DNA of 64,000 nt from an uncultured delta proteobacterium (GTDB taxonomy: Bacteria > Desulfobacterota > Syntrophia > Syntrophales > UBA2192). A program made the translations under genes and the position numbers. The notes under the pieces are model-generated. The model saw nothing but the letters and a program-made list of their open reading frames with translations. It was not told the DNA's origin and did no database searches. The stretch covers positions 100,872-164,871 of the forward strand of contig CAVPJD010000031.1 in the NCBI GenBank assembly GCA_963705165.1, read 5' to 3'. Shown here in pieces: positions 28,670 to 37,984 of the stretch (position 1 is the first letter of the stretch; every line of letters begins with the position of its first letter).

Positions 28670-29317
28670 TTAGAAGTGGAAGTTGATTCCGAGAGTCACC
28701 GCCTGCGTCCGGTAGTCCACATCGATCAGGGAAAATCCCGGGTTTGTGCCGAAGTACCGGTAGGTCAGGTCGGCAGAGAGGTTCGGCGCCAGGTCGACAT
28801 TGACCCCGGCCAGGAATTGCCAGGCAAAACCCGTTGCTGTCTCCTCGGCCACATACACCACGCCGCCGATGGATTCCGTGTTTTGGATATACATGGATGA
28901 CGCCCCGATTCCGCCGCCGACGTAAGGGTGAATTCTCCCCTCGGGGTAGCGCAGGATCACATTGACCATGAAATTGTTCAGGTACACCTCTCCCGATTCC
29001 CTCACCCCGGAGACGACCTGGGGGGGAATGCTCTGCTCGAACATGTAATTCCACTCCAGCTCAAAAGCCAGTGCCCGTGCCTGGGGCAAGATGTAGCCCA
29101 TCTTGAGCCCCATCATCCCGCTTGAGTCGAGGGCCAGATCGGCCGATGTCCCCGTCACTTTCGAAGTCCAGGTCATGTCTTGGGGGGCGACATACCCGCC
29201 GAAAACCCCGAAATAAAGCGGGCTTGAAGGCCCGTAGGACTGGGCGTAACCTGCTCCTGTCAAAAAGATAACTGCTGCCAGCACGACCGGCAGCACAACC
29301 TTGAGCCGGTTTTTCAT
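28670..29317 (-). CDS. Outer-membrane 8-stranded beta-barrel (OmpA/OmpW-like)
   Basis: Signal peptide, PYVGGGIG, FAWQ..AG, C-terminal GINFHF. Confidence 0.88.
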   Translation of the reverse strand: MKNRLKVVLPVVLAAVIFLTGAGYAQSYGPSSPLYFGVFGGYVAPQDMTWTSKVTGTSADLALDSSGMMGLKMGYILPQARALAFELEWNYMFEQSIPPQVVSGVRESGEVYLNNFMVNVILRYPEGRIHPYVGGGIGASSMYIQNTESIGGVVYVAEETATGFAWQFLAGVNVDLAPNLSADLTYRYFGTNPGFSLIDVDYRTQAVTLGINFHF

Positions 29318-29476
29318 ATTTCTTCCCCTCCCGATAAATTCTCTTGCCGTTTATGCTTATATAACGAAGCACTACGGAAACGGTTTACAGGACGAGGGAA
29401 CAAAAACGGCCGTCGGGATCAATAAAGGCAGGGGAGGCGCCCTGCCTTTCTGCGTCGGGGGTACAAATCCAGGCAT

Positions 29477-30928
29477 CTATTTTTTCTTGCCGAACAGGGA
29501 CCCCAGGACGCCGCGCATGATCTGCCGGCCGAGCTGGCTCCCGATGGCGTGGGCCGCGCTTTTGGCCAGCGCCCCGACGAGTTCCCCCGCCTCAGACTTG
29601 GGCTCCTTCTTCCCGGGGGCGGCGGGAGCCTCGGCAGCGGCCTGCTCGGCCTTCGCCATCAGCTTCTCATAGGCCGACTCGCGATCGACGGTCTTCTCGT
29701 AGGTTCCGAAGATTACCGACCCCTTGACAATGCCCGCTATATCGGCGGGCTGAAGGGGTGTGAGGCTGCTGTGCGGGGGCACCACCCAGGCCCGCTCCAC
29801 CATGGCGGGAACGCCCTTCTCGTCCTGCATGGACACGAGGGCCTCGCCCACGCCGAGCTCCAGGATGGCCTTGGTCGTGTCGAGCTTGGGGTTTGCCCGG
29901 AAGGTCTCGGCGGCGGCTTTCACGGCCTTCTGGTCGCGCGGCGTGAAGGCCCGCAGGGCGTGCTGGACGCGGTTTCCGAGCTGACCCAGGACGGTGTCGG
30001 GGATATCGAGGGGGTTTTGCGTAATGAAGTAGACGCCGACCCCCTTGGAGCGGATAAGCCGAACGACTTGCTCGATCTTGTCCTCGAGGGCCTTCGGGAT
30101 GTCTTCGAAGAGCAGGTGCGCCTCGTCGAAGAAAAAGACGAGCTTGGGCTTCGGCAGATCACCCACTTCGGGGAGCTGCTCGAAGAGCTCCGACAGAAGC
30201 CAGAGCAGGAATGTGGCGTACACCTTTGGCGACTGCATGAGTTTGTCGGCCATGAGGATGTTGACGATCCCCCTGCCCTTCGTATCGGCCTGCATGAGAT
30301 CGTTGATGTCGAGGGCTGGCTCGCCGAAAAACTTCGCCCCGCCCTGCTCCTCAATCACGAGGAGGTTTCGTTGGATCGCCCCGACACTGGCCTTGGAGAT
30401 GTTTCCGTACTGGACCTTGATTTGGTTCGCGTTGTCGCCCACATATTGCGCCATGGACCGGAGGTCCTTGAGATCGAGGAGCAGCAGGCCGTTGTCGTCG
30501 GCGATCTTGAAGGCGATGTTGAGGACGCCGGCCTGGGTCTCGTTCAGGTTGAGGATGCGGGAGAGAAGAAGAGGCCCCATCTCGGAGACAGTCGTCCGGA
30601 TCGGGTGGCCCTTTTCGCCGAAGACATCCCAGAAGGCGACGGGATAGGACTCGTAGGCAAACCCCTCCATTTTCAGCTCCTTGACGCGTTCGGCAATCTT
30701 GGAACTGTCGCCCCCCGCTTTTGCAAGCCCCGAGAGATCGCCCTTCACGTCGGCCATGAAGACGGGCACGCCCATTGCGCTGAACTGCTCGGCGAGCACC
30801 CTCAGGGTGACCGTTTTCCCGGTGCCGGTGGCTCCGGCGATCAGGCCGTGCCGGTTGGCCATTTTCGGGTAGAGGTAAATCTCTTCCGTGCTTTTGGCAA
30901 CGAGGATGGGAGCGGGTTGCGTGGCCAT
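29477..30928 (-). CDS. HerA-like ATPase, YjgR/DUF853 family
   Basis: [34 protein letters not shown]. Confidence 0.92.
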   Translation of the reverse strand: MATQPAPILVAKSTEEIYLYPKMANRHGLIAGATGTGKTVTLRVLAEQFSAMGVPVFMADVKGDLSGLAKAGGDSSKIAERVKELKMEGFAYESYPVAFWDVFGEKGHPIRTTVSEMGPLLLSRILNLNETQAGVLNIAFKIADDNGLLLLDLKDLRSMAQYVGDNANQIKVQYGNISKASVGAIQRNLLVIEEQGGAKFFGEPALDINDLMQADTKGRGIVNILMADKLMQSPKVYATFLLWLLSELFEQLPEVGDLPKPKLVFFFDEAHLLFEDIPKALEDKIEQVVRLIRSKGVGVYFITQNPLDIPDTVLGQLGNRVQHALRAFTPRDQKAVKAAAETFRANPKLDTTKAILELGVGEALVSMQDEKGVPAMVERAWVVPPHSSLTPLQPADIAGIVKGSVIFGTYEKTVDRESAYEKLMAKAEQAAAEAPAAPGKKEPKSEAGELVGALAKSAAHAIGSQLGRQIMRGVLGSLFGKKK

Positions 30929-31028
30929 AGATCCTCCATGGGTTCCATTACGGGTCGGGGATAAGTGAGATGGCGGCCTGACCTGCCGGTAAGGCCGCCA
31001 TCGTCTCAGGCAGGGTTAATCCGTTGCG

Positions 31029-31334
31029 TTACTTTTTCGCAGGTGCCGCTGCGGCGGGTTTCTTCTCGGCGGCCTTCTTGTCCTCCTTGACATCGATGCT
31101 CGCGGCGGTCATCGTGTACTCGATGGTGACCTTTGAGCCGACCTTCGGGTCGCCCTTGATCTTCGTGTCTTTCGTCGTGGCGATCTCCCACTTGTCCTTC
31201 CCCTTCTGGACCGTGATCACACCGTCCTTGTTCTCCAGCACGGGACCGGTGACCTGGTAGGTCTTGGGACCTGCGGCCATGGCGATGGATACGAACAGGA
31301 ACACGATGGCAAAGGCAATGATGATGCGCTTCAT
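31029..31334 (-). CDS. Small periplasmic OB-fold protein
   Basis: Signal peptide AMA|A; YQVTGPV...VG.KVTIEY. Confidence 0.75.
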   Translation of the reverse strand: MKRIIIAFAIVFLFVSIAMAAGPKTYQVTGPVLENKDGVITVQKGKDKWEIATTKDTKIKGDPKVGSKVTIEYTMTAASIDVKEDKKAAEKKPAAAAPAKK

Positions 31335-31966
31335 AAGAACCCTCCTTATGGTTTGATGTGCTGTTACTATAGAAGATGAAGGGGAAATGTCAAGAAGGTC
31401 CTTCCGGCCGCCGGTTCTTCCGCATGCCGCCTGGAAACGGTTTCCGCCGGCCTCGATGATACCCCTGGCATCCTCCGGTATGACAGCCGGAGCGGGTTTC
31501 AGCCGGGAAAACCGGCAGTATGGTTAAAAAATGGATTTCCTGATCTGAAGGGATTCTCGTTCACATCGGCGGTCCTGCGTACCCGGTTGAAATCAACAGG
31601 ACCATCAGGAACGCTGCGAGGAGCTGCCTGACAGGAAGGGATAGCGATGTGTTAGCGCTGAGCATGCAGGAATCACCCCCGTGTGGGTTGAGCGAAGGGA
31701 AGGTGGAGAAGAAAAGATAATCAACTATTTCATCGGCATGGGGCGAAAACCTTTAGGTAAAATCCGGGAGCTTGAACAAAATCCCAAGCTGTAATATGGT
31801 TGCGGCCGAGGTCCGGAGTATACAATGGGCGGTCCCGGCCTGGTGCTGCGCAAGCAGGTGGGCGACCCCTTTTCCCTGCCCGCCCTGAAACGGGACCTCG
31901 AGCTGCTGCTCGCACTTGCCGCATCGCTTAACGGCGAGCCGCTGCCCGGGAGAGAGGAGCGCTGAC

Positions 31967-32674
31967 ATGCCCCTGCACGTCGAACAATTCCGATACGGAC
32001 ACGACAACCTGGCATATCTCATCTTCGGCGGGACCGAGGCCATGGCCGTCGACGGGGGAGCCTGGCAGGAGATCCTGGAATTCGTGAGCAGAAACAGCCT
32101 GACGCTCCTCTACGTAGCCCACACCCATCGCCATCACGATCACATTGAGGGCAGCGAACATCTCCTCGAGAAGTCCGGGGCGCGACTTCTTGGCTTCCAT
32201 GAGCTTCAGGACGACTCCGTGATCACGCTTGACGGGGAACCCGTCCGTGTGTATCGTACGCCCGGCCATTCCATCGACTCGATCTGTTTTCATGCAGGGC
32301 GGTACCTGCTCTCGGGCGACACGCTTTTCAACGGGACGATCGGAAACTGTTTTTCGGGCAACCTCCGGGCCTTCTATGAATCCATCGCCCGGCTCATGGC
32401 CCTTCCGGAAGATACGGTCGTCTTCCCCGGCCATGACTACGTGGAGTTGGCCATCGCATTTGCACGGCACCTGGAGCCCGAAAACAGGGACCTGGATGCC
32501 TACATGAGCAACTATGAGCCAGGCTGCGTCCGTTCGCTGCTACGCGATGAGTTCAAGGTGAATCCCTACACGCGGCACAACGCCCCTGAAATCATCGAGA
32601 TTCTCAAGAAGAGGGGACTACCGGTCGATACCGAGTGGGTGAGGTGGCAGTCGCTCATGGCGATAGAAGAGTAA
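31967..32674 (+). CDS. Hydroxyacylglutathione hydrolase-like MBL protein
   Basis: DNLAYLI, THRHHDH, TPGH, GDTLF, PGHDY, E.KVNP. Confidence 0.88.
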   Translation: MPLHVEQFRYGHDNLAYLIFGGTEAMAVDGGAWQEILEFVSRNSLTLLYVAHTHRHHDHIEGSEHLLEKSGARLLGFHELQDDSVITLDGEPVRVYRTPGHSIDSICFHAGRYLLSGDTLFNGTIGNCFSGNLRAFYESIARLMALPEDTVVFPGHDYVELAIAFARHLEPENRDLDAYMSNYEPGCVRSLLRDEFKVNPYTRHNAPEIIEILKKRGLPVDTEWVRWQSLMAIEE

Positions 32675-32720
32675 GGCAGGGTCTCGGGTAGCGGGTCTAG
32701 GGTATAGGGTGAAGAGGAAG

Positions 32721-33566
32721 ATGAAAGAGACTTCACGACCATTGCGCCGAGCGACAGGGATGATATCCATCCTGGCCGTCGCATCTTTGCTGATCGCCCT
32801 GGCGACAGCGGCAACGGCAATTGCCGGGGGCTACGAGGCCATTGAAATCGTGCCGACCCGGCCTGGCGTGACGGTGCGGCTGCTGGTCGTCAAGGCGAAC
32901 TCCAAGCCCACAACCGCTCTGATCCTGTTTCCCGGAGCGGACGGCACGAAGCACTTCGGCGAGAAGGACGGCCGGTTCTGGGTCAGCAAGAATTTCCTCA
33001 TGCGCTCAACCAGGGATCTTGCCAGTGCCGGCTACATCGTCGTCGCGGTGGATGCCCCTTCTGACCAGGGCTACGGCATGTCGGATCAGTTCCGGACCTC
33101 TCTCCAGCATGCGAAGGATATCCGGAAGGTCATCGCCTACCTGAAGGAAAAACATCGTGTGGCGTCCTTTTACCTGGTGGGCACAAGCAAGGGAACCCTC
33201 TCGGCGGCGTACCTGGCGGCCGTGTTCGACGATCCATCGATCGGGGGCGTGATCCTCACAGCCGTCTATCCTCCCGCGGATATGGGCAGCATCGACTTCA
33301 CCGAGATCGATGACCCTGTTCTCATCGTCCACCACGTCTACGACCAGTGCCGCATCACCCCGTTTCAAGGGGCCATAGAGCTGAAACAACGCCTGACGGA
33401 AAGCCCGCAGGTTGATCTCGTCGGGGTGACCGGTGGGATTCCTTCAGCCTCCGGGCCCTGCGACGCCCTGAGCAATCATGGATTTTATGGAGTGGAGCCA
33501 TCCGTCATCCGCGTGATGACAGACTGGCTCGCCGGCAAGCCGGTACCGGAGAGGATCGGTAAATAA
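32721..33566 (+). CDS. Secreted alpha/beta hydrolase
   Basis: NFLMRS, VDAPSD, GTSKG elbow, D.C, HGFYG. Confidence 0.82.
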   Translation: MKETSRPLRRATGMISILAVASLLIALATAATAIAGGYEAIEIVPTRPGVTVRLLVVKANSKPTTALILFPGADGTKHFGEKDGRFWVSKNFLMRSTRDLASAGYIVVAVDAPSDQGYGMSDQFRTSLQHAKDIRKVIAYLKEKHRVASFYLVGTSKGTLSAAYLAAVFDDPSIGGVILTAVYPPADMGSIDFTEIDDPVLIVHHVYDQCRITPFQGAIELKQRLTESPQVDLVGVTGGIPSASGPCDALSNHGFYGVEPSVIRVMTDWLAGKPVPERIGK

Positions 33567-33723
33567 GTAATTGGTAACTGGGAATTGGGTATTGGGTATT
33601 TCGGGATTCGGGCATCCGGAATCCGGATTTTCTTCTTTCACTTCCTCTCTCTTCACTCAGACACTTAGACACTCAGGCACTTCAACACTTTTTACTCGTC
33701 CCTGCCCCCTCGTCCCTGGTCCC

Positions 33724-34635
33724 TTATCTTGGCGTTAGCTTGTAGGACTTCACCCTCATCACCGGGTGGTAGGACCTCTTCATGCGGGCCAGGTTGGGCA
33801 GGTTCATGTCGCTCTCCTTGTTGATGTAGCGATACCCGGCGAAGAGCTGTTTCGCACATTCGTTGTCCAGGAACTGGTAGAGCCCCTTTACATTCGAAAA
33901 GGCCTTCTCATAATTGAGAATGCCCATCTCGTCGTTGAGGCGAGAGGCGATCCCAAAGGCGTTTACGGTCCCGTCGACGCGGATGAGAATCCCTTTTAGA
34001 TCGAGGGCCTCGAGGTTCTCCAGGGAAGTGATCACGGCCCTGCGCTCGCAGGCCAGGTCGATATCCCCATCGATGTCGCAATCCCGCTGCCCGCACCACG
34101 CCTCGAGGAAAGACAGACACTCCGGGACGCTCTCCACCGCCACAGGCTCCACGTGAACCCTCACACCGTTGCCCATGAACTCCCGCTGGAACTGGTGGAT
34201 GAGGTTGCGCTTGCGGACGAAACGGTTTCCCTTCAGGCTCGCCAGATCCTCCGCAAGGTAGACGTAGTCCTCGAACTCCCCCTGATCCTTCATCGAGAAA
34301 AGCGCATCCAGGCGATCCCGGTAACGTTCAACGTAATCCTCGGGGATGCAGCAGTAGCCGCGAAAGCCGAGGTTAGTGGCAATGTCGTGGAGCTTTTCCG
34401 GCAGGACATCGCCAGAAAGGGACAGAGGCAGAATGAGGTGCCGTTCTTCCGGCCGGACGTCGGACTCGTTGGCAATCACGAGGAGATCCCCCTCCACGGC
34501 ATATCTCGCTTCGAAGACGCAGTTGCTCCAGGCAATGAGCGACGGCAGGGAATAGATGCTCAGGCGGCAGGGGATATTTGCGAAAAAAGGTTTCAGTGCC
34601 GGGTAATCGGCGATTTCAAGCTTTTTGAAATTCAT
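33724..34635 (-). CDS. DUF2156 (MprF C-terminal-like) protein
   Basis: DYVY..EDL..LKG.....KRN, EKA....KGLYQ, INKESD....L...K.SYHP. Confidence 0.88.
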   Translation of the reverse strand: MNFKKLEIADYPALKPFFANIPCRLSIYSLPSLIAWSNCVFEARYAVEGDLLVIANESDVRPEERHLILPLSLSGDVLPEKLHDIATNLGFRGYCCIPEDYVERYRDRLDALFSMKDQGEFEDYVYLAEDLASLKGNRFVRKRNLIHQFQREFMGNGVRVHVEPVAVESVPECLSFLEAWCGQRDCDIDGDIDLACERRAVITSLENLEALDLKGILIRVDGTVNAFGIASRLNDEMGILNYEKAFSNVKGLYQFLDNECAKQLFAGYRYINKESDMNLPNLARMKRSYHPVMRVKSYKLTPR

Positions 34636-35051
34636 GGTTTTTTCAGCATCAGGATCGACCCGGGCATGTCGGCGAAACCGATCCGGAGGTAGAAATCCCC
34701 CGTCCCGGCTTCGGCCACGAGCCCGATCCAGCCCAGCCCGTCACTCTGCAGCCGCCCGTCGAGTTCCTGCACCATCCTTGTGCCGATTCCCTTACCCCTG
34801 AACTCAGGGTGAACGGTAAGATCCTGTATGTAGGCATCGGACGCCCTGTCGCTGATCGCACGACCCATCCCGACGAGGCGCCCCTCACGGGAGGCGATGA
34901 CAAAGCAGTGGCTGCCGCGGATGATGGCCCTGGCCAATTCAGGGTCACGGTCCCCCGGCTCTCCCCACCAGCCCTGAAGCCGGTAGAGCTCGAGTACACC
35001 CTGTACCTGCGCCGGCGTGGGCTCCGTTATGAACGTATACGTGATCTGCAT
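34632..35051 (-). CDS. GNAT N-acetyltransferase
   Basis: GMGRAISD...AYIQD..VHPEFRGKGIG, FY..GF. Confidence 0.9.
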   Translation of the reverse strand: MQITYTFITEPTPAQVQGVLELYRLQGWWGEPGDRDPELARAIIRGSHCFVIASREGRLVGMGRAISDRASDAYIQDLTVHPEFRGKGIGTRMVQELDGRLQSDGLGWIGLVAEAGTGDFYLRIGFADMPGSILMLKKP

Positions 35052-35160
35052 TGTACCTGTACATAGTAAGAATGTAACCCCGCGATGTCAAGGCCGAAAC
35101 TGTAATATTAAATCCCCCTGTGCTCCCTTTTCTATCGGAAAACACAGGGGGATTCCCTCT

Positions 35161-35195
35161 TACCCTGTACCCTGTACCCTGTACCCTGTACCCTG
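35161..35195. repeat. Heptamer tandem repeat (TACCCTG)x5
   Basis: Five perfect copies immediately after the CoA-transferase stop. Confidence 0.9.
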
Positions 35196-35198
35196 CCC

Positions 35199-36407
35199 TC
35201 AGCCCACCGTCCCTTCCTTGCGCAGCTTCCCTATCTCATCGGCGCTCAAACCGAGGGCAGAAAGGATCTCGTCCGTGTGCTCGCCGTGGACCGGCGCAAA
35301 ACTTCTGAACTGGCCCGGCGTTTCCGATAGCTTCGGCAGAATCCCGACCTGCTTCACCTTGCCCAGTTTCGGGTGTTCCAGCTCGATGACCATCTTCCGG
35401 TGGATCACCTGGGGGTCGCTGAAGACCTCCCCGATATCGTATACCTTTCCGACGGGGATGTCCTGCGGCGACAGCAGGTCAAACCACTCGTCGCGGTTCT
35501 TCGTCATGAAGACCTGCTCCAGGCTGGACCGGATCGCATTGAGCTTTTCGTCAGGCGCCTGGAAGGTCATATCCATGGTCCATTTGGCCGGCATGAATTC
35601 CTCCTTGCCGATCGCCTTGCAGAGGTTGTCCCAGAAATGCGGCTCCAGGCAGCCGATGCTGAGGTATTTCCCGTCTTTTGTCCTGTAGACGCCATAGTGC
35701 GGGTAGGTCCCCATGGCCCACGACTCCCCGCGTTTCATCACCGTCCCGTCCATGAAAAACCGGTGGGTGAACCAGGTGATGAGATGGATGGCCCCCTCCA
35801 TGTAGGTGTGATCGATATACTGGCCCTTGTCGGACTTCCCCCTCGCCATGAGGGCCAGGAGGATCCCGACGGCCCCGTAGAGGGAGACGCCGGCGAAGTC
35901 TGCAATGATGTTGAGCGGGATGGACGGGGGCCCCTCTTTCGGGCCGATGAGACCCAGAACCCCTGCCAGAGAGATGTAATTGATGTCGTGACCCGAGAAC
36001 AGGCGGTAGGGCCCGTCCTGGCCGTAGCCCGAAAGCGAGCAGTACACGATGCGGGGGTTGATCCCGCTCACCGTCTTGTAATCGACGCCGAGCCTCTCCA
36101 CGACACCGGGCCGGTAACCCTCTATGACGACGTCGGCTTCCTTGGCCATCCGGTGAAAAATCCGGCGCCCCTCGTCGGACCGCAGATTCAGGCCGATGCA
36201 CTTCTTGTTGCGGTTGAGCGCAAAGTATGCGGCCTCGCGCTCCTTGTCCTTGCCGCCGGGCGAATAGCCCATGTCGCCCATGGGAAAGGCCTTGGCCGGT
36301 TCCACCTTGATGACCTCGGCACCGAAATCGGCCAGGATCATGGTGCACAGCGCGCCCGGAACATAATTGGACAGATCGAGAATCTTGATCCCCTCTAGTG
36401 CGAGCAT
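35199..36407 (-). CDS. CaiB/BaiF class III CoA-transferase
   Basis: LEGIKILDLS, LADFGAEVIKVE, NRNKK, SGYGQDGPY, GHDINY; AAGGAGGGAGG SD. Confidence 0.93.
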   Translation of the reverse strand: MLALEGIKILDLSNYVPGALCTMILADFGAEVIKVEPAKAFPMGDMGYSPGGKDKEREAAYFALNRNKKCIGLNLRSDEGRRIFHRMAKEADVVIEGYRPGVVERLGVDYKTVSGINPRIVYCSLSGYGQDGPYRLFSGHDINYISLAGVLGLIGPKEGPPSIPLNIIADFAGVSLYGAVGILLALMARGKSDKGQYIDHTYMEGAIHLITWFTHRFFMDGTVMKRGESWAMGTYPHYGVYRTKDGKYLSIGCLEPHFWDNLCKAIGKEEFMPAKWTMDMTFQAPDEKLNAIRSSLEQVFMTKNRDEWFDLLSPQDIPVGKVYDIGEVFSDPQVIHRKMVIELEHPKLGKVKQVGILPKLSETPGQFRSFAPVHGEHTDEILSALGLSADEIGKLRKEGTVG

Positions 36408-36444
36408 AACCTCCCTCCTTATAACAGTGTCGCGGTCCGGGCAC

Positions 36445-36476
36445 AAAAAAACCCCGTATCACCTCGGATAACGGGG
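36445..36476 (-). terminator. Rho-independent terminator 38 nt upstream of CoA-transferase start
   Basis: CCCCGTTATC-CGAGGT-GATACGGGG-TTTTTTT on minus strand. Confidence 0.8.
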
Positions 36477-36700
36477 AAACCCTGGTTCGCGCATATTCTT
36501 CACCCTCAGTGGAAGATAGACGTGACCACCGACGGCTTCCTGCCCGGCCCTGACAAACCGGGAAACAGGGAACCCTGACTGACCCTCTTTTCAGACCCGG
36601 CGCCTCTATAACACAGTTCAGCCCCCATCGCCACCGAAACCGTGCCGGCAGCGGGGGCCTGAAGCTAAAGACCGGATATCACAGGTAAAGCTAGTGGTTG
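36445..36700 (-). ncRNA. Candidate structured ncRNA or leader, family unassigned
   Basis: ORF-free; long-range closing stem plus ~80-nt internal hairpin and small hairpins whose G-U pairs work only on the minus strand; ends at terminator. Confidence 0.5.
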
Positions 36701-36812
36701 AAATTATTTCGGTTTTCTGATATGTGCACCATGCACAAAAAAATAGTTCTCTTTACGGACGGGCCAGTCGACATTCCCCATCGACGGTTGAGGAGAGAGG
36801 AAAGAGGACGAG

Positions 36813-37028
36813 ATGGAGTCCCGTGATCACACGGAGCGGGAAGTCTGCGGGCACTGCGGAAAGAGACTGTCGTTCATCAATTGCACCGGATGTGAGATAC
36901 CCCTCTGTCAGGAGTGTGCCTGTTTCGAACTGATCGGCTCCGGATGCGGCACCGTTATCCCGGCTTATTACTGCCTTCTCTGCGTCAAGGATGCCAGGAT
37001 AAACCCGAACGCGGTCTTTTACATCTAA
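36813..37028 (+). CDS. Small Cys-rich putative zinc-binding protein
   Basis: CGHC...CTGC...LCQEC...GC....YYCLLC; AGAGGA SD. Confidence 0.7.
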   Translation: MESRDHTEREVCGHCGKRLSFINCTGCEIPLCQECACFELIGSGCGTVIPAYYCLLCVKDARINPNAVFYI

Positions 37029-37168
37029 AAAAGCGCCCCGTTTATGCAGGGCGCCTCAACACCGGCCATGCAACGAGCTGATTGTGTGCCTGGCGAGAGG
37101 ATTTTCTTGCCCGGCAAACAGCTCCGTCGCATCCATTATGCTTTGTCTGTGTCACTCCCTCCGGTCGA

Positions 37169-37519
37169 TCATTCCGAATCGACGAAGAACTTCGTGATGA
37201 AGAACCCCAAGAGGATCAGCAGCACGGAGAGGTCCGCCCGGTCGAGAAGCCACAGAAGGAACTCCTTGACGACGACGACCTTGTTGAGAAAGCTGAAATA
37301 GCCGGCCGGGAGATTCTTCACCAGGGCAATGGACGGATACCTCGTCCACTCGTCGTGCCCGATCCAGCCGTAAAGCTGATATGCGAAAAGCAGGGTCCCG
37401 GAAAGAAAGATGAAGTTGGCCAGCCAGGACAGCAGGGACACCCTTTTTACTTTCGCTGCTGTGTTGGCAGGGTGGGAATACTGAAACCTCCACGCGGAAT
37501 GCCCATCGGACGGATCCAT
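37169..37519 (-). CDS. Small two-TM membrane protein downstream of c-di-GMP riboswitch
   Basis: AAGGAGG SD before ATG 37519; two hydrophobic helices; YQ.Y.W....W motif. Confidence 0.72.
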   Translation of the reverse strand: MDPSDGHSAWRFQYSHPANTAAKVKRVSLLSWLANFIFLSGTLLFAYQLYGWIGHDEWTRYPSIALVKNLPAGYFSFLNKVVVVKEFLLWLLDRADLSVLLILLGFFITKFFVDSE

Positions 37520-37583
37520 AGCAGACACCTCCTTTTTAGTATGGGGCGTGCGGGACAACCGTCCATGGAGATGCACCGCTCAC

Positions 37584-37670
37584 CCGGCAACCCCGCCGCC
37601 CTATCCGGATGCCCGGACGTAGGCCGGTGGCTTTGCGTCCCGCCCTTTCGGGCGGTTTGCCCTTTCCAGG
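37584..37670 (-). ncRNA. c-di-GMP-I (GEMM) riboswitch
   Basis: GGAAAGGGCAAACCGCCC-GAAA-GGGCGGGACGCAAAGCCACCGGCCTAC...GGCGGCGGGGTTGCCG matches GEMM consensus (GGCAAACC, GNRA loop, GACGCAAAGC). Confidence 0.93.
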
Positions 37671-37882
37671 TACAAGCCTCCGGTCCGCGCAGATCGCACA
37701 GCACGTGAAGGAATATGTTGTAAGGCAGCTCGGTCTGAAGGCTTCGTTATCTCTATCGGCTCACGCCGCCCTTTCCTTTAGCGATTTTTTCTTTCTCTGT
37801 CCCGCCCCATGCCGACGAAGCCATTCTGATCGCTCTCCGGAGCGCGATCGAACAGGGCTGAATTGGCGGCCTGCCGCCGTAT

Positions 37883-37899
37883 ATACGCCACGGGGGTAT
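37883..37899. promoter_or_regulatory. Second CsoR/CstR-type operator
   Basis: ATACGCCA-C-GGGGGTAT: right half identical to, left half 2 mismatches from, the 4470-4486 operator. Confidence 0.65.
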
Positions 37900-37923
37900 T
37901 CCCGGCCAACCGCGTAATATGGG

Positions 37924-37951
37924 TTGACAATTCTCAGGGTGCCGTTACAAT
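37924..37951 (+). promoter_or_regulatory. sigma70 promoter of cytochrome/rhodanese operon
   Basis: TTGACA-16 nt-TACAAT, 34 nt upstream of ATG 37985. Confidence 0.7.
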
Positions 37952-37984
37952 ATTTTGCACCGTCCAACCCTTCCATGAGGACCT

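Noticed and set aside
29477-30928. HerA-based anti-phage system
   Set aside because: Housekeeping-type YjgR/DUF853 protein with no Sir2 or nuclease neighbour.
36524-36699. SRP RNA, lysine riboswitch, glmS ribozyme or retron msr-msd
   Set aside because: Only partial word matches (TCAGGGCCGGGCAGGAAGC, AGAGGCGC). Required GNRA/AGCAG and other core motifs are absent, and there is no reverse transcriptase nearby.
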